From: an uncultured Actinomycetes bacterium | GTDB lineage: Bacteria > Actinomycetota > Acidimicrobiia > Acidimicrobiales > CAVTQP01 | Length of the DNA stretch: 64,000 bases | Direction of reading: 5' to 3' | Assembly (NCBI GenBank): GCA_963736925.1 | Contig: CAVTQP010000003.1 | Coordinates: 738,845-802,844, forward strand | In this document: piece after piece, positions 1 through 10,382 of the stretch | Layout of the letters: the number at the start of each line of letters is the position of its first letter | Numbering within the stretch: the stretch's first letter is position 1 | Program-made: the position numbers and the translations under genes | Notes under the pieces: generated by a model | Told to the model about the DNA's origin: nothing | Database searches by the model: none | Seen by the model: only the letters and a program-made list of their open reading frames with translations

Positions 1-1
1 C

Positions 2-367
2 ATCTCGCAGCTGAACAGCCGCTTCCTGGGTGAGGAAGGCCCTACCGACGTCCTCGCCTTCCCGATCGAGGACGACCTCGGGCCCGGCGGGCGGTCACCG
101 GACGCGGGCGGTACTGGGCCCGGCTGGTTGCCCCCGGAGCCATCCGAGATTCCGACCCTCATCGGCGACGTGGTGATCTGTCCGGAGGTGGCGTGGCGGA
201 ATGCGCCGGATCATGCTGGTAGTTATGAGCAGGAGGTTGCGGTCCTCCTGGTGCACGGGATCCTCCACCTGATCGGCATGGACCACGGTAGCGAGGCGGA
301 GGCCGAAGCCATGGAGCGCCGAGAACGCGAGCTGCTGGATCAGTTCCTCGACCAACCGGGTAGATGA
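2..367 (+). CDS. ybeY: Endoribonuclease YbeY (rRNA maturation), N-terminus outside window
   Basis: The frame is open from the window edge (ISQLNSRFLGEEGPTDVLAFPIED...). It has the zinc-binding HGILHLIGMDH motif (HxxxHxxxxxH). Its TGA stop overlaps the next ATG (ATGA at 364-367). Confidence 0.85.
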   Translation: MSQLNSRFLGEEGPTDVLAFPIEDDLGPGGRSPDAGGTGPGWLPPEPSEIPTLIGDVVICPEVAWRNAPDHAGSYEQEVAVLLVHGILHLIGMDHGSEAEAEAMERRERELLDQFLDQPGR

Positions 368-1821
368 GCCCCGTGACGTTGTCTGCCGTGCATTTTCGTG
401 GGTCCGACACGATTCTCATAATCGTGATCGTGGCACTGCTGGTGTGTGCAGCGGTGCTGGCGCTGGCAGAGACCGGCTTGGTACGAATGACCAAGGCGAA
501 GGCGCTCACTCTTCAGGAAGAGGGGAAGCGGGGATCGGGAAGGCTGCTCAGCCTGATCGAGCATCCGGAGAAGTTCCTGAATCCGGTTCTGCTCCTGGTG
601 CTGATCTGCCAGCTGGTGGCCGCCACCCTCGCCGGCGTCGTCTCAGCCCATCTCTTCGGCGCCCTGGGAGTGACCATTGCCGCGATCTTCGAAGTCGTGA
701 TCATCTTCGTGTTCGCCGAGGCGGTTCCTAAGAACTGGGCCGTGAGGCATCCGGACCGTGCGGCGTTGTTCGCCGCCCCATTCGTGAGCAGGGTCCTCCG
801 CTTCCCGCCGGTGCGCCTGCTTTCGGCCATGCTCATCGGGCTTTCCAACTTGATCCTTCCGGGAGGCGGTAGGGGGGGCAGCCTTACGGAGTCCGAGTTG
901 CTGGCGATGGCGGACGTCGCCGTCGAAGAGGCCGTGATCGAGACCGACGAGAGAAGATTCATCCGCTCGATCATCGAGTTCGGGGACACCGTGGTCAGGG
1001 AGGTGATGTTGCCGAGACCCGACATGCTCGCGGCCCACGGTGAGGATCCAGTTGGTGAGGTCCTGGACCGGGCTATCGCCGCCGGCCACAGCCGGATCCC
1101 CGTATACGGCGAGAACGTCGACGACGTCATAGGGCTGATCTTCGGCAAGGACCTGATGAGGGCCGCCCTCGACGGTCACGCCGGATCACCGATCGCCAAT
1201 CTCGTCCGTGAGGCGCATTTCGTACCGGAGACAAAGCGCGTGGCAGAGCTGTTGCGCGAGATGCAGACCGAGAAGTTTCACATGGCCATCGTCGTGGACG
1301 AGTACGGAGGGACGGCGGGCCTGGTCACACTCGAGGACTTGGTGGAGGAGCTGGTGGGGGAGATCGTCGACGAGGACGACTTGGAGCAGCCACAGGCGCA
1401 GCCACTGCCCAACGGGGAGTTCCTGGTGAGCGCGCGTATGGCAGTAGACGAGGTGAATGAGCTGTTGCATGCCCGTCTGCCCGAGGGCGACTGGGACACG
1501 GTCGGTGGACTGCTGCTAAGCCTGCTTGGCCATCTTCCCGAGGTGGGGGAGTCTGCGGAGGCAGACGGTTGCAGATTGACCGCCGAGCGGGTTCATAGCC
1601 GCCGGGTAGAGCAAGTTCGCATCGCCAAGCTCGAACCCCCTCCAGAAGAGGCGGCCGAAGCCGAAGACGGCCGAAGAGACCACACCGACCGCTCAGGCGC
1701 CGAGGACCAGCGCCCGGAGGCACCGTCTCGACCCGAGGCTCGACCCAAACCCTCCGATGACGGTGGAGGCGCTTCGGGTGAGAGCGGGCCAAGGCCGGCT
1801 CGGTCGAGCGAGTCCGCTTGA
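364..1821 (+). CDS. Hemolysin-family/CorC-like membrane protein (DUF21 TM region + CBS pair + CorC_HlyC domain) with charged Pro/Glu/Arg-rich tail
   Basis: 485-aa ORF with N-terminal TM helices. It has CBS-type segments ('VREVMLPRPDM', 'IPVYGENVDDVIGLIFGKDL') and the 'MAIVVDEYGGTAGLVTLEDLVEELVGEI' signature. It sits in the canonical slot between ybeY and era. Confidence 0.85.
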   Translation: MSPVTLSAVHFRGSDTILIIVIVALLVCAAVLALAETGLVRMTKAKALTLQEEGKRGSGRLLSLIEHPEKFLNPVLLLVLICQLVAATLAGVVSAHLFGALGVTIAAIFEVVIIFVFAEAVPKNWAVRHPDRAALFAAPFVSRVLRFPPVRLLSAMLIGLSNLILPGGGRGGSLTESELLAMADVAVEEAVIETDERRFIRSIIEFGDTVVREVMLPRPDMLAAHGEDPVGEVLDRAIAAGHSRIPVYGENVDDVIGLIFGKDLMRAALDGHAGSPIANLVREAHFVPETKRVAELLREMQTEKFHMAIVVDEYGGTAGLVTLEDLVEELVGEIVDEDDLEQPQAQPLPNGEFLVSARMAVDEVNELLHARLPEGDWDTVGGLLLSLLGHLPEVGESAEADGCRLTAERVHSRRVEQVRIAKLEPPPEEAAEAEDGRRDHTDRSGAEDQRPEAPSRPEARPKPSDDGGGASGESGPRPARSSESA

Positions 1822-2668
1822 CCGTCGGCCGGTGAGGTCGGGTTTTGCGACGATCCTGGGAAGGCCGAACGTCGGCAAGTCCACCTTGTTGAACCGCATG
1901 CTCGGCACAAAGGTGTCGATAACGTCGGACAAGCCCAATACCACACGAACGCAGGTCCGCGGTGTCCTGAACAGTGAAGGTGCGCAGGTTGTGTTCGTGG
2001 ACACACCGGGCCTGCACCGTCCCAGGACTCTTCTCGGGGAGCGCCTGAACGCGAAGGCTGACAGCGCCGCGGGCGACGTCGAGGTGGTCCTCGTCGTATT
2101 CGATGCCACCGCGCCGATAGGCAGGGGCGATCGCATGGTATCCGCAAAGGCCCCCGAAGGAGCCGTCGCGGTCATCAACAAGGTGGACATCGCGTCTCCC
2201 GATCAGGTGACCCTACAGTCGTCTCTCGCAGCCCAACTGGGCTTCAGCGACCGGCACGCGGTCTCAGCGGTGACCGGTGAAGGTGTGCCTCACTTGACAG
2301 AAGCGGTGGTGTCGAGGCTCCCCGAGGGGCCTCGCTACTATCCCGAAGACATGGTCACCGACGTCCCCGACGTGTTCTGGGTGGCGGAGCTGGTGCGCGA
2401 ACAGCTGCTCGGCGTCGTTCGCGACGAGCTGCCGCACTCCGTCGCCTGTCGGGTGACCGAGTGGGATTGGCCGCGTGTGCGGTGTGAGATCCTCGTCGAG
2501 CGCGACTCTCAAAAGGGAATAGTGATCGGCAAGGGAGGCGCGGTCTTGAAGGCGGTCGGGACAGCCGTGCGGTCGCAGATGCCCGAGGACGCCTATCTGG
2601 AGCTGTTCGTCAAGGTCGACAAGGACTGGCAGCGCCGCCCCGGCGCGCTGGAACGACTCGGCTACTGA
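1757..2668 (+). CDS. era: GTPase Era
   Basis: G1 'GRPNVGKSTLLN', 'DTPG', 'NKVD', and a C-terminal KH-like 'VERDSQKGIVIGKGG'. The ATG at 1757 overlaps the upstream gene by 65 nt. An in-frame GTG at 1832 is a plausible alternative start. Confidence 0.9.
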   Translation: MTVEALRVRAGQGRLGRASPLDRRPVRSGFATILGRPNVGKSTLLNRMLGTKVSITSDKPNTTRTQVRGVLNSEGAQVVFVDTPGLHRPRTLLGERLNAKADSAAGDVEVVLVVFDATAPIGRGDRMVSAKAPEGAVAVINKVDIASPDQVTLQSSLAAQLGFSDRHAVSAVTGEGVPHLTEAVVSRLPEGPRYYPEDMVTDVPDVFWVAELVREQLLGVVRDELPHSVACRVTEWDWPRVRCEILVERDSQKGIVIGKGGAVLKAVGTAVRSQMPEDAYLELFVKVDKDWQRRPGALERLGY

Positions 2669-2704
2669 GGTCACGGGTGCGGCCTCGATAACGGCGGCCG
2701 GCGG

Positions 2705-4621
2705 CTATGGAGGACCTGTGACGGGTTCGGGTGCACCGCGCCGAGAGAGAAAAGCCTCCACCTCCGACCGGTCGCGAGTCCGCGCCATGGGCGGAAGAGC
2801 TCTCACCAGCTCCCACCTGTAGCTCGCTCTGGACAGCCGAGGGTCCAGCACTGCGACGACGCCTCGGTCGGTGGTGGATCGGATCAAGCGCCCGGCGCCC
2901 TGGGCGAGCATGGCCGCTGCCCGGGGCAGGTCCACGAGCCGGAAGGCGCCGGGCCCTGCTCGTTCGCGGCGCGCCTGCGTCAGCGGCTCGTCCGGTCGGG
3001 GGAAGGGCAGCCGGTCGATGACGACCAGGGACAGGGCCGGTCCGGGGACGTCGATTCCCTGCCAGAATCCCATCGTCGCGAACAGGCAGGAGGACTCCTC
3101 GTCCGTGAACGCCTCGATGAGAGCGGGCTTCGGGAGGTCGGATTGCCTCAAGATTCGAAATGGGACTCTTACCCGCACCGCCTCCGCCGCCCGTTCCATG
3201 GCGCGCCAGCTCGTGAACAGGGCGAGCGTCTTGCCCCCGGCAGCCCTGATGAGGTGGTAGATCTCGTCGTGAACGGCCGCCTCGGCGTCCGGGTCACGAC
3301 GGTCGGGAAGATGCGTGGCGCAATAGAGCAGCCCATGGGTCGAGAAGGGGAACGGGCTTCCCACATCGAGCTCGTCGAAGCAGCCCGCTCCCATCCCCAG
3401 GCGCGGGCCGAGCCCCGGCGGGATCGTCGCACTCGTCAGCACGGCCGTGACCCGGTTCCAGAGCAACGGCGCCAGGATCGGGGCCACGTCTATGGGAGCA
3501 ACCTTGAGGGCGGGCGCCTGCTGGGACCCTTCGACCCAAGCGACCCTCTCGGCACCCAGGTCGAGCGCGGTGGTCATCTCCTCGGCGAGGTGGGTCGTCG
3601 CGAGCAAGGCCCTCGCCTTGCTCGCCGGCTCGTCCGCACCGCCTCCCGGCGCCTCCCTCAACAGTGAAGTGACCCGGGACAGGCGCTGGCGGCCAAGCAC
3701 CACGGCACCGGTCAAGTCCTTTCCGAGGTCGCCCGGAAGCCTGCTGCCGACCAACGGAGAAAGGGCAGACTGCAGAGCATCACCCGCTGCGGACAGCTCG
3801 TCGACCGCCGCCGCGGCGGCGCCACCTGATTGGGCGGCGACCATCCTTGCCAGGGCACGAAGGCGGGCGGGGGTAATCTCCTTACCGAGTCCCTCGGTCA
3901 TGATGTCCTCGAGCGCGTGCGCCTCGTCGAAGACGACGATCTCGTGCTCGGGAAGCACCGTACCCCCGCTCGCGAGGTGGGCGGCGTATAGCTGAGTGTT
4001 GACCACGACGATGTCAGCGTCTGTGGCGCGGCGGCGAGCGGCCTCCGCCAGGCATTGTTCACCGGAAGGGCACCGGAGGGGACCTGGGCACTCGTTGGAC
4101 CCCGCGCTGACGGCCGACCAGGCTTGGGGGGTGGGCTCGAACTCCAGGTCCGCCCGGTCCCCGCTCGACGTGCGCCGACCCCACGCGACCAGACGTCTCA
4201 CCTGACCGGGGGCCCCAGAGCCCGGAGCGCCGAAGTCCAGTCGAGCAGCTCCTCCGTCGCCCGCCACCTCGGCGGCCTTCTGGCGGCACAAGTAGTTGGC
4301 TCGGCCCTTCAGGACCGACCACCGGCAGCCGAACGAGGAGAGGGCGGGGAGATCCTTGTGGGCCAGCTGGTCTTGAAGCGCCAGGGTGGCGGTGGCGATC
4401 ACCACCTTGCGTCGCGACAGGATGGCCGGCACGAGGTAGGCAAGTGACTTGCCGGTGCCGGTACCGGCTTGGACGACCAGGTGCCTGCGCGCCGAGATGG
4501 AGTGACCTACGGCTTCGGCCATCGCCAGCTGGCCGCTGCGAGCCTCTCCTCCGCCGGGTAGAGCGGAGACGACCCGGGACAAGGCCTCTCCGATCGTTCC
4601 AGGCGCCACGACGGTCGACAC
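2705..4621 (-). CDS. dinG: DinG/XPD-family ATP-dependent DNA helicase
   Basis: 638-aa ORF with Walker A 'AGTGTGKSLAYLVPA', a DEAH-type box 'VVFDEAHALED', and a C-terminal helicase region ('VLTSATI', 'FWQGIDVPG', 'GRLIRS'). Confidence 0.8.
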   Translation of the reverse strand: MSTVVAPGTIGEALSRVVSALPGGGEARSGQLAMAEAVGHSISARRHLVVQAGTGTGKSLAYLVPAILSRRKVVIATATLALQDQLAHKDLPALSSFGCRWSVLKGRANYLCRQKAAEVAGDGGAARLDFGAPGSGAPGQVRRLVAWGRRTSSGDRADLEFEPTPQAWSAVSAGSNECPGPLRCPSGEQCLAEAARRRATDADIVVVNTQLYAAHLASGGTVLPEHEIVVFDEAHALEDIMTEGLGKEITPARLRALARMVAAQSGGAAAAAVDELSAAGDALQSALSPLVGSRLPGDLGKDLTGAVVLGRQRLSRVTSLLREAPGGGADEPASKARALLATTHLAEEMTTALDLGAERVAWVEGSQQAPALKVAPIDVAPILAPLLWNRVTAVLTSATIPPGLGPRLGMGAGCFDELDVGSPFPFSTHGLLYCATHLPDRRDPDAEAAVHDEIYHLIRAAGGKTLALFTSWRAMERAAEAVRVRVPFRILRQSDLPKPALIEAFTDEESSCLFATMGFWQGIDVPGPALSLVVIDRLPFPRPDEPLTQARRERAGPGAFRLVDLPRAAAMLAQGAGRLIRSTTDRGVVAVLDPRLSRASYRWELVRALPPMARTRDRSEVEAFLSRRGAPEPVTGPP

Positions 4622-4680
4622 TACCCGTGCCTTGGTCCGGTGAGGATGAGCGGGGCTGGCCAGGAGGTAGCTTGCGGCTC

Positions 4681-5400
4681 GTGGAGCTGGACGGCATCGA
4701 CCCCAACCGCATCCCCACGCACGTGGGGTGCGTCATGGACGGCAACGGCCGCTGGGCGGCAAAACGCGGCCTGCCCCGCACCGAGGGCCATGCTGCCGGC
4801 GAGGTGGCGTTGATGGACGCGGTCGACGGGGCGTTGGACCTCGGCCTGTCGTGGTTCACGGTCTACGCGTTCTCGACCGAGAACTGGAGGCGCCCGCCTG
4901 ACGAGGTCCGCTACCTGATGCGGTTCAACGAGGGCCTCTTGATGCGCCGCCGTGACGAACTCAACGACAAGGGCGTTCGCATCCGCTTCGCCGGGCGTCG
5001 TAACTGGCGGGTACCCAGGCGAGTGCTTCGCCGCATGGACGAGTCGACGGCCCTGACGGGGCACAACCGGCGCATGACCCTCACTATCGCCTTCAACTAC
5101 GGCGGTCGGGCCGAGATCATCGATGCCGTCCGTTCGCTGGTCGGCGCGGGGGTCCCGGCCGATTCAATCGACGAACGAAGCGTGAGGTCGTGCTTGTACT
5201 ACCCCGACATGCCCGACCCCGACCTCGTTGTGCGCACTTCGGGGGAGTTCCGTATCTCCAACTTCTTGCTGTGGGAGCTCGCATACAGCGAGCTGGTGTT
5301 CACCGACGTCCTCTGGCCCGACTTCCGCCGGGATCACCTGTTCGAGGCCGTGCGCGAGTTCCAACGCCGCGACCGGCGCTACGGCGCGGTAGAGGGCTGA
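4681..5400 (+). CDS. uppS: Isoprenyl transferase / undecaprenyl-diphosphate synthase
   Basis: 'HVGCVMDGNGRWA', 'AFSTENWRRP' and 'RTSGEFRISNFLLWELAYSE' motifs. The tracked ORF opens at 4444 but that part overlaps dinG. The in-frame GTG at 4681 is my estimate of the start. Confidence 0.8.
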   Translation: MELDGIDPNRIPTHVGCVMDGNGRWAAKRGLPRTEGHAAGEVALMDAVDGALDLGLSWFTVYAFSTENWRRPPDEVRYLMRFNEGLLMRRRDELNDKGVRIRFAGRRNWRVPRRVLRRMDESTALTGHNRRMTLTIAFNYGGRAEIIDAVRSLVGAGVPADSIDERSVRSCLYYPDMPDPDLVVRTSGEFRISNFLLWELAYSELVFTDVLWPDFRRDHLFEAVREFQRRDRRYGAVEG

Positions 5401-5403
5401 ACC

Positions 5404-5571
5404 ATGATCGGGCTGGCCACGATCACGGGTGCGCTCTTCGTCGGGGCGCTGATCGCGCTGGCCTCTTTGGGCCTTGCCTGGGCGACCGAGGTTCTCGTGG
5501 TGGCGGCCGTCCTGGTCGGGCTCTTGGCCTATGGCGCCATGAGCCGGCGACAGCCTGGGTCCAGCAGGTGA
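5404..5571 (+). CDS. Possible small two-helix membrane protein (55 aa)
   Basis: I translated an ATG..TGA ORF by hand: MIGLATITGALFVGALIALASLGLAWATEVLVVAAVLVGLLAYGAMSRRQPGSSR. It is below the 60-aa cut-off of the ORF track and fills the uppS-recO gap on the same strand. I recognise no homology. Confidence 0.35.
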   Translation: MIGLATITGALFVGALIALASLGLAWATEVLVVAAVLVGLLAYGAMSRRQPGSSR

Positions 5572-5584
5572 CCAGGTCGGTCCG

Positions 5585-6310
5585 TTGAGCCTCTATCGCG
5601 ACCAGGGCGTGGCCCTGCGCACGATCCGGCTGGGGGAAGCCGATCGCATCGTGACGCTGGTCACCTTGGGCCACGGGAAGGTTCGAGCCGTGGTCAAGGG
5701 GGTCAGGCGGACCAAGAGCCGCTTCGGCGCCCGCCTCGAACCACTCAGTCACGTCTCCATGATGTGCTGGCAGGGGAGAGAGCTGGACGTTGTGAACCAG
5801 GCGGAGGTACTCGACACCTTTCGCTCCGTGAGGGAGGACCTCGAACGTGTGGGCAGGGCGGCGGTGATGCTCGAGGTCACCGACCAAGTCTCACAGGAGC
5901 GCCATGCCAATTCGGGCCTGTACCACATGCTGGTCGGCGCCCTCAAGGTGCTCGAGGCTCGCGACCCCGCGCTGTTGGTCCCGTCGTTCTTCTGGAAGTT
6001 GCTCGCGCTCGAAGGGTCGTGCCCCCTCCTGGACGCCTGCGCACGATGTGGCGCCGAGGAGGGCCTGGTCGCGTTCGACCTGTCCGAGGGAGGGGTGCTC
6101 TGCAGATCGTGTCGCCGGGGAACCCCCGTCCGCCCGGAGGCGCTACGGATGATCCGGCGAATACTCGGAGGAGGCTTGGCGGGTGCCCTCGACGAGCCCG
6201 TTAGCGAAGTGACGGAAGAGGTGGCCGCCCTGGCCACCATGGCGATGGAGCACCATCTCGAGCGCCGGTTGCGCAGCGTGCGAACCGGCCGCCTCGTCCA
6301 GATGGGTTGA
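5585..6310 (+). CDS. recO: DNA repair protein RecO
   Basis: The N-terminal OB-fold signature is 'LYRDQGVALRTIRLGEADRIVTLVTLGHGKVRAVVKGVRRTKSRF'. A Cys-rich zinc module follows ('CARCG...CRSC'). It is adjacent to uppS, as in other actinobacteria. Confidence 0.85.
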   Translation: MSLYRDQGVALRTIRLGEADRIVTLVTLGHGKVRAVVKGVRRTKSRFGARLEPLSHVSMMCWQGRELDVVNQAEVLDTFRSVREDLERVGRAAVMLEVTDQVSQERHANSGLYHMLVGALKVLEARDPALLVPSFFWKLLALEGSCPLLDACARCGAEEGLVAFDLSEGGVLCRSCRRGTPVRPEALRMIRRILGGGLAGALDEPVSEVTEEVAALATMAMEHHLERRLRSVRTGRLVQMG

Positions 6311-6357
6311 GGTGCGCCCATCGGCGCCTGGCGGGGTCTCCACTATCCTCGTCCTGT

Positions 6358-7680
6358 ATGGCGCCCGATGACGTGATGGAGCGCGTGGTGAACCTGTGCA
6401 AGCGCAGGGGCTTCGTCTTTCCCTCGGCTGAGATCTACGGCGGGTTCCGCTCCACCTACGACTACGGGCCGCTGGGTGTGCTGATGCTGCGCAATGTCAA
6501 GGACGCTTGGTGGAGGTCGATGGTCCAGTACCGGGACGACGTGGTGGGCCTCGACGCCGCCATCCTGACCGGGCCGAGGATCTGGGAGGTCTCTGGTCAC
6601 CTGACCAACTTCACGGACCCCCTGGTCGACTGCCGCAACTGCAAGGAGCGGTGGAGGGCCGACGAGATCGGGGGTGTGTGCCCGAACTGCGGCTCCACCG
6701 ACCTTACCGAGGCCAGAGCGTTCAACATGATGTTCAAGACTCAGGCCGGCCCGGTGGCAGACGAAGGTGCCGCCGCCTACCTCAGGCCGGAGACGGCCCA
6801 GGGCATGTTCGTCAACTTCACCAATGTGCTCAACACGACGCGGAAGAAGCCTCCCTTCGGCATCGCCCAGGTGGGCAAGTCCTTCAGGAACGAGATCACG
6901 CCCGGGAACTTCGTGTTCAGGACGCGAGAGTTCGAGCAGATGGAGATGGAGTACTTCGTGCCGCCCGACGAGGGACCGAAGTGGTTCGAGTACTGGTGTG
7001 CCGAACGCCGAGCTTGGTACGAAGACCTGGGCGTCCCCTCCGACAAGCTCAGGCTAAGGGCTCACGAGCCCGAGGAGCTGAGCCACTACTCGGCTGCGAC
7101 ATCGGACGTCGAGTTCCTGTTCCCCTGGGGCTGGGGAGAGCTGGAGGGCATAGCCAACCGGACCGACTACGACCTGACGGCTCACTCCGAAGCATCGGGC
7201 CACCGGCTCGAGTACTTCGATCACGCGACCGGCGAGCGATACATACCTCACGTCGTGGAACCGGCGGCGGGCGCCACCAGGAGCATGATGGCGTTCCTCA
7301 TATCCGCATACGACGAGGACCGGGTGGGGGGCGAGGCGAGGACCGTGCTCCGACTGGACTCCCGTCTGGCTCCCTACTCGGTTGCCGTTCTGCCACTCTC
7401 CAGGAACGAGGCGCTCACGCCGCTCGCGCGCGAGGTTCTCAAGCTCTGTCAACTCCACTTCATGTGCGAGTACGACGAGACGCAGTCGATAGGTCGGCGT
7501 TACCGTCGCCAGGACGAGATCGGCACCCCGTACTGCGTCACCGTCGACTTCGACAGCTTGGAGGACGATGCCGTGACCATCCGCGACCGCGACACCACCC
7601 AGCAGGTGAGGGTCTCCATCGACAGCCTGTTGGAGGAGCTTTTTGGCAGGCTGGACGTGAGTGAGCGGAGGACTCGATGA
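6358..7680 (+). CDS. glyQS: Glycine--tRNA ligase (dimeric class II GlyQS type)
   Basis: 'RRGFVFPSAEIYGG...YDYGPLG', 'FRNEITPGNFVFRTREFEQMEMEYF' and a C-terminal anticodon-binding region. The start is taken at ATG 6358 (MAPDDVMERV...). The stop overlaps the ppdK ATG (ATGA at 7677-7680). Confidence 0.9.
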   Translation: MAPDDVMERVVNLCKRRGFVFPSAEIYGGFRSTYDYGPLGVLMLRNVKDAWWRSMVQYRDDVVGLDAAILTGPRIWEVSGHLTNFTDPLVDCRNCKERWRADEIGGVCPNCGSTDLTEARAFNMMFKTQAGPVADEGAAAYLRPETAQGMFVNFTNVLNTTRKKPPFGIAQVGKSFRNEITPGNFVFRTREFEQMEMEYFVPPDEGPKWFEYWCAERRAWYEDLGVPSDKLRLRAHEPEELSHYSAATSDVEFLFPWGWGELEGIANRTDYDLTAHSEASGHRLEYFDHATGERYIPHVVEPAAGATRSMMAFLISAYDEDRVGGEARTVLRLDSRLAPYSVAVLPLSRNEALTPLAREVLKLCQLHFMCEYDETQSIGRRYRRQDEIGTPYCVTVDFDSLEDDAVTIRDRDTTQQVRVSIDSLLEELFGRLDVSERRTR

Positions 7681-10343
7681 AGTACGTGTTCGATTTTGCG
7701 ACTGAGCACTCGAAGCCGCCGATGGAGCAAAAGGGGCTCTTGGGGGGAAAAGGCGCCAATCTGGCCGAGATGACGTCGGTGCTGGGGCTGCCGGTACCTC
7801 CGGGCTTCACGATCTCGACCGATGCGTGCCGCGCGGTACATGTCAACCGGTTGGCCCGAGGAGCTGACAGGCGAGGTCGAGGCGGCGGTAGGGCGACTAG
7901 AGGATGCGATGGGAAAGCAGCTGGGCGACCCTTCAGACCCATTGCTGGTCAGCGTGCGATCGGGGGCCAAGTTCTCGATGCCCGGGATGATGGACACGGT
8001 CCTCAACCTGGGGCTAAACGACGACTCGGTGGAGGGGCTGGCGAAGCAGACCAGCGACGAGCGTTTTGCCTACGACTCCTACCGCCGCTTCATCCAGATG
8101 TACGGCAGGATCGTCCTCGGTCTCCAGGGAGAGGACTTGAACAAGCCGTTCGACGCGGCGAAGGAGCTTGCAGACGTCTCCTCAGATGCCGAAGTGCCCC
8201 CGGAGCTGCTGCGCTACCTGGTGAGGTCGTTCAAGCAGATCGTCGAGCGCGACACCGGTGCCGCGTTCCCCCAGGATCCCGCCGGGCAACTTCGCGGGGC
8301 GATAGAAGCGGTGTTCAGCTCCTGGAACGGCCCCCGGGCCGTCGCCTACCGAAACCGCGAGCGCATACCGCACGACCTGGGCACAGCGGTCAACGTGCAG
8401 GCCATGGTGTTCGGCAACCGTGATGAGAACTCGGGAACGGGCGTGGGCTTCACCCGGGATCCGGCGACGGGCGCGCGCGGGGCTCGTACGGCGACTTCTT
8501 GGTCAACGCGCAGGGCGAGGACGTGGTCGCGGGGATACGCAACACCGAGCCTCTGTCAGCTCTCGGCAAGCGCTTCCCGTCGATATACGAGGAGCTGACT
8601 GGGATCTTCGCGGGGCTGGAGGCTCACTACCGCGACATGTGCGACACGGAGTTCACCATCGAGCAGGGCAAGCTGTGGATGCTTCAGACGAGGGTCGGCA
8701 AGCGCACGGGAGCGGCCGCCCTGAAGATGGCCGTCGACATGACCACCGAAGCCGCGATCGAGCTCTCGCACGAGGAAGCCGTGCAGCGGGTCACCGGCGA
8801 GCAGATAGAGGCCGTGCTACACCCCCAGTTCGCGTCGCATCACCTGGACGTGATCGCGATCGGACTGGGCGCCTCGCCCGGGGCCGCGGTCGGGCGTGCT
8901 TACTTCAGCGCGGACGCGGCGGCATCCGCAGCCGGCCGGGGCGACAAGGTGATCCTCGTCAGGCCTGAGACCTCGCCCGAGGACGTCCAGGGGATGCTGG
9001 CTTCCGAGGGGATCCTCACGTCAAGGGGAGGCCTGGTGAGCCACGCGGCGGTGGTGGCGCGTGGATGGGGGAAGCCCGCCGTCGTTGGTGCCGAGGCGGT
9101 GAAGATCTCCGGGAGCCGGTTCACCGCCGGGGGCTCCGCTGTCTCGGAGGGCGACGTTATCTCCATCAACGGCACCACGGGAGAGGTCGTGAAGGGGGCC
9201 GTGGAACTGAGCGTCGCCGAGGCCCCTCGGGAGCTGGCGACGCTGCTCGGCTGGGCGGACGAGATCAGGGCCGGGCGCCTGGGGGTAAGGGCCAACGCCG
9301 ACAACGGGCCCGATGCGGCGAACGCGAGGAGTTTTGGAGCCGAGGGGATCGGGTTGTGCAGGACCGAGCACATGTTCCTCGGCGACGAGCGCCTACCGAT
9401 AGTTCGAAGGATGATCCTGGCTGACACGCCGGACGCGGAGGAGGCCGCGCTCGAGGAGCTGCGGGTGGCCCAGAGGTCCGACTTCCTCGAGATACTCGAA
9501 GCCATGGACGGGCTCCCGGTGACGGTCCGCCTGCTGGACCCCCCGCTGCACGAGTTCCTGCCGGGGACCGAGGAGCTGGCCCTCAAGGAGGCGACGACCG
9601 GTCTCGACGAGGAGGAGAGGCGCCTTTACGCCGCGGCCCGGGCTTGGCGGGAGGTGAACCCCATGCTCGGCACCCGGGGGGTGCGGCTCGGGGTCATCAA
9701 ACCGGGCCTCTACGCGATGCAGGTGCGTGCCCTGGTGGAAGCAGCTCGGGAGCGGGTCGCCAAAGGGGGCGAGCCGGTGGTCGAGATCATGATCCCCCTC
9801 ACGATCTCCCGCGAGGAGATGGCGCTAGCCCGCTCGTGGGTCGTGGACGCGACCGCCCGGGCCGGGGGGGAAGCGGGCGCGGGGCGTTCGCCAGGGGCCT
9901 CCGAAGGTCGCCTCGGGGGATCGGTGGAGGTGTCGATCGGCACCATGATCGAGACACCCCGGGCGGCCCTTCGTGCAGCGGAGATCGCCGAGGAGGCGGA
10001 ATTCTTCTCGTTCGGCACCAACGACCTGACCCAGATGACCTTCGGCTTCAGCCGTGACGACATCGAGGGTCGGATGATGTCGGCATACCTCGAGCTGGGG
10101 CTGATCCCTCGGAACCCTTTCGAGACGCTCGACGCCGCAGGCGTGGGGGAGCTGGTGCGCCTGGGTGTGCAGCGCGGGCGGTCCACCAGGCCGGACCTGA
10201 AGGTGGGGGTGTGCGGTGAGCACGGGGGGGATCCCGAGTCGGTGGCCTGTTTCGCGGCCGCAGGGCTCGACTACGTGAGCTGCTCGCCCTACCGGGTGCC
10301 GGTCGCCAGGCTGGCCGCCGCCCAAGCAGTGCTCTCGCTCTAG
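7677..10343 (+). pseudogene. ppdK: Pyruvate, phosphate dikinase split over three reading-frame segments by two 1-nt indels
   Basis: PPDK-like sequence runs continuously but changes frame twice. 7677-~7836 reads 'GKGANLAEMTSVLGLPVPPGFTISTDACR'. ~7837-~8480 reads 'LVSVRSGAKFSMPGMMDTVLNLGLND...GTGVGFTRDPATG'. ~8481-10343 reads 'YGDFLVNAQGEDVVAGIRNT...', 'TSRGGLVSHAAVVARGWGKPAV' and 'GLDYVSCSPYRVPVARLAAAQ'. Both switches lie in CGCGCGG-type contexts. Confidence 0.85.
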
Positions 10344-10382
10344 GGCCGGGCCGCAGGGCCGAGGGCGGCTACCGTCGATCAC

